Shown: positions 58,300 through 60,533 of the stretch, one piece after another | Layout of the letters: the number at the start of each line of letters is the position of its first letter | Numbering within the stretch: the first letter of the stretch is position 1 | Assembly (NCBI RefSeq): GCF_004010195.1 | Contig: NC_057719.1 | Location: 22,064,437-22,124,969 of the forward strand | Direction: 5' to 3' | DNA from: Chiloscyllium plagiosum | Taxonomy: Eukaryota | DNA: 60,533 nucleotides | Made by a program: the position numbers and the translations under genes | Notes under the pieces: generated by a model | Seen by the model: only the letters and a program-made list of their open reading frames with translations | Databases searched by the model: none | What the model was told of the DNA's origin: nothing

Positions 58300-59815
58300 T
58301 TGTTTTTTTGACTTGTGAGAAGTAGACATTGCTGGCCGGCCTGCATTTATTGCCTGTCTCTAGTTGCTCAGAGAAGGTGGTGGTTAACTGCGTTTTTCAA
58401 CCAGCACCAAGTCCATGTACTGTAGGTAGACCCACAATGACCTATTTCCAAATCAGCATGGTGGGTGGCTTGGAGGGGAAATTGCAAGTGGTAGTGATGT
58501 TTTCATGTACCTGCTGCCCTTGTCTTTCCAGATGGAAGTGGTCATGGGCTCAGAAATTGTTGTCAAAGGATCTTTGGTGATTTTCTGCAGAGCATCTGGT
58601 AGATAGTACACACTGCTGTGAACTTTCCTGAATGGTGTAAAATATCATAAGTGCTGTTAATGCTGCACCTATCCAGGTTTATCCAGGTCGAGAGTGTGGT
58701 GCTGGAAAAGCAGAGCAGGTCAGGCAGCATCCAAGGAGCAGGAGAATCAACATTTCGGGCATAAGCCTTTCATCAGGAAGGGCAGTCCTCACTTTCTAAT
58801 AATTCCGTCACACTCTTAACTTGTGCCATGTGTACCTGATAAAGGGCTTATGCCCGAAACGTCGACTTTCCTGCTCTTTGGATGCTGCCTGTCCTGCTCT
58901 GCTTTTCCAGCCCAATGCTTTTTGACCTTGGATATATTGGACAGGCTTTGGGGAGTTAGGAGGTGAGGTACTCACTGCAGTATTCCAAGCTTTGGCCTGC
59001 TCTTTTAGTGACTATTTATTTTGTGAATCCAGATGAGTTTCTGTTCAATTTGTGATCCCCGTGGATGTCGTCAATGGAGGATTCAGTGATGGTAACATCA
59101 TTGAATATCAAAAGGTGGTAGTCACATTATCTCTTATTGGAGACAGAATTGCCTGGCATTTGTGTGGCACGAACGTTACTTGCCACTCGTCAGTCCAAGC
59201 GTGGATGTTTTGAACATGGACTGCTTCAGTGTGTGAGGAGTGCGAATGGTTCTGAAAATTGTATAGTCATCGGTGAATGTCCCCAATTCTGACTTTATGA
59301 TAGAGGGAAGGTCATTGATTAAACAGCTGAAATGGTGGGGTTCAGACACTACCCTGAGAAACTCCTACAGAAATATCCTGGAGCTGAGATGACTGACTTC
59401 CAACAACCACAACCATTTTCCTATATGTCATTTTGAGTTTGTCCCCTGATACCTATTGATTCCAATTCTACTAAAACTCCCTGATGCCAGACTTAATTGA
59501 ATGTAGCCTTGATATCCAGGGCTGTCACTCTTACCTCACCTCTGGAATTCAACTCTTTTGCCCATGTTTGAACCAAGGCTGCAATGAAGTCAGGAACTGA
59601 ATGACCCTGGCAGAATATAAGTTGGGCGTCACTGAGCAGGTTATTGCAGAGCAGGTGCTGCTTGATAATACTATTGATGACTCCTTCCAACATTTTACTG
59701 ATAATCAAGACTAGAGTGGATGGGATGATAATTGGCAAGTTGGATTTGTTCTGCTTTTTATGTACAGGGCACATGTGGACAATATTCCACATAGTTGGGT
59801 AGATGCCACTGTACT
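58300..59815 (-). mobile_element. Second CR1/L2-group family LINE, RT to 3' end, interrupted by PLE DNA
   Basis: VCPVHKKQNKSN..IISKMLEGVINSIIKQHL..LLSDAQ..FCQGHS..ELNSRGEVRVTALDIKATF; 3' end GGCAATAAATGCAGGCCGGCCAGC. Confidence 0.88.
58680..58934. mobile_element. Composite inverted PLE (family A) structure with two divergent hammerhead motifs
   Basis: Minus arm ~58680-58779 (CTGATGA..GCCC-GAAA at 58746-58779) and plus arm ~58834-58934 (CTGATAA-A-GGGC-ttat-GCCC-GAAACGTC at 58836-58863), with host LINE sequence between them. Confidence 0.85.
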
Positions 59816-59819
59816 GGGA

Positions 59820-60071
59820 GACAGTGAGATCTGCAGATGCTGGAAAAACACAGCAGGTCAGGCAGCATCCGAGGAGCAGGATTGAGAGGTGGAACAGGTC
59901 ACGAGAGTGGTGCTGAGCTGGAAGGTTGGAACTGGGGTAAGGTAGGGGGAGGGGAAATGAGGAAACAGGTGAAGGTCACATTGATGCCCTGGGTTGAAGG
60001 GTACTGAGGTGGAAGGTGTTCTTCCTCCAAGCCTCGAGTGTGAGCGAGTGGCAATGGAGGAGGCCCAGGAC
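59820..60071 (-). mobile_element. Inverted 3' portion of a PLE (GIY-YIG end plus tail, internally deleted)
   Basis: Minus frames VLGLLHCHS.., LEEEHL.., QPQGINV.F resemble the end of ORF 356-706; tail GATGCTGCCTGACCTGCTGTG..CCAGCATCTGCAGATCTCAC. Confidence 0.85.
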
Positions 60072-60533
60072 TTCCGCCCACCTCCAACACACTGCATCCA
60101 CCTGGACACCCTGCGCTGGCCTATTACATGCCCTCGACCTCTTCATTTCCAACTGCCGCCGGGACATTAACCGCCTCAACCCGTCTACCTCCCTCCCCCA
60201 CTCCAACCTCTCACCCTCACAACGCGCAGCCCACCAATCCCTCTGCTCCAATCCCAACCTCACCATCAAGCCAACGGATAAAGGGGGCGCAGTGGTAGTC
60301 TGGCGCACTGACCTCTACACCGCTGAAGCCAAACGTCAACTCGAGGACACCTCTTCCTACTGCCCCCTCGACCATGACCCCACCCCCCCATCACCAAACC
60401 ATCATCTCCCAGACCATACAGAACCTCATCACCTCAGGAGATCTCCCACCCACAGCTTCCAACCTCATAGTCCGGGAACCCCGCACTGCCCAGTTCTACC
60501 TCCTTCCCAAGATCCACAAGCCCGACCACCCTG
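60072..60533 (+). mobile_element. PLE ORF, pre-RT/RT N-terminal region (continues beyond the window), one frameshift
   Basis: SNLSPSQRAA..NPNLTIKPTDKGGAVVVW (PLE DKG motif at 60277), then a +1 shift in the C-run near 60385, then FYLLPKIHKPDHP (60494-60532). Confidence 0.92.

Overview
Non-coding, repeat-dense vertebrate genomic DNA, almost certainly from a shark or other elasmobranch. The basis is HE1-type tRNA-derived V-SINEs, their partner CR1/HER1-type LINEs, and DeuSINE-like relics. I find no host protein-coding gene, RNA gene, CRISPR array or prokaryotic feature, so this looks like intergenic DNA or a very large intron. Every ORF I can recognise is a retroelement fragment (CR1 ORF1/endonuclease/RT, Penelope RT and GIY-YIG, Tx1 C-terminus). 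There are about 20 CR1 pieces of different ages, about 9 HE1 SINEs, a solo LTR with a 5-bp TSD, a Tx1/L1-clade fragment with a 12-bp TSD, a 44-bp minisatellite and two assembly gaps. The most interesting layer is 14 Penelope-like element (PLE) 3'-end insertions from about 4 families, most retaining all or part of a minimal type-I hammerhead ribozyme. One hammerhead is textbook-intact (858-893) and one has a U3-A8 covariant core (46490-46526). Six insertions are 115-255 bp fold-back hairpins whose inversion point lies at or beside the ribozyme. Five PLE insertions (three hairpins and two linear tails) have clear 14-36 bp target duplications. Family names come from my recognition of motifs, not from database searches, and the boundaries of old elements are approximate.
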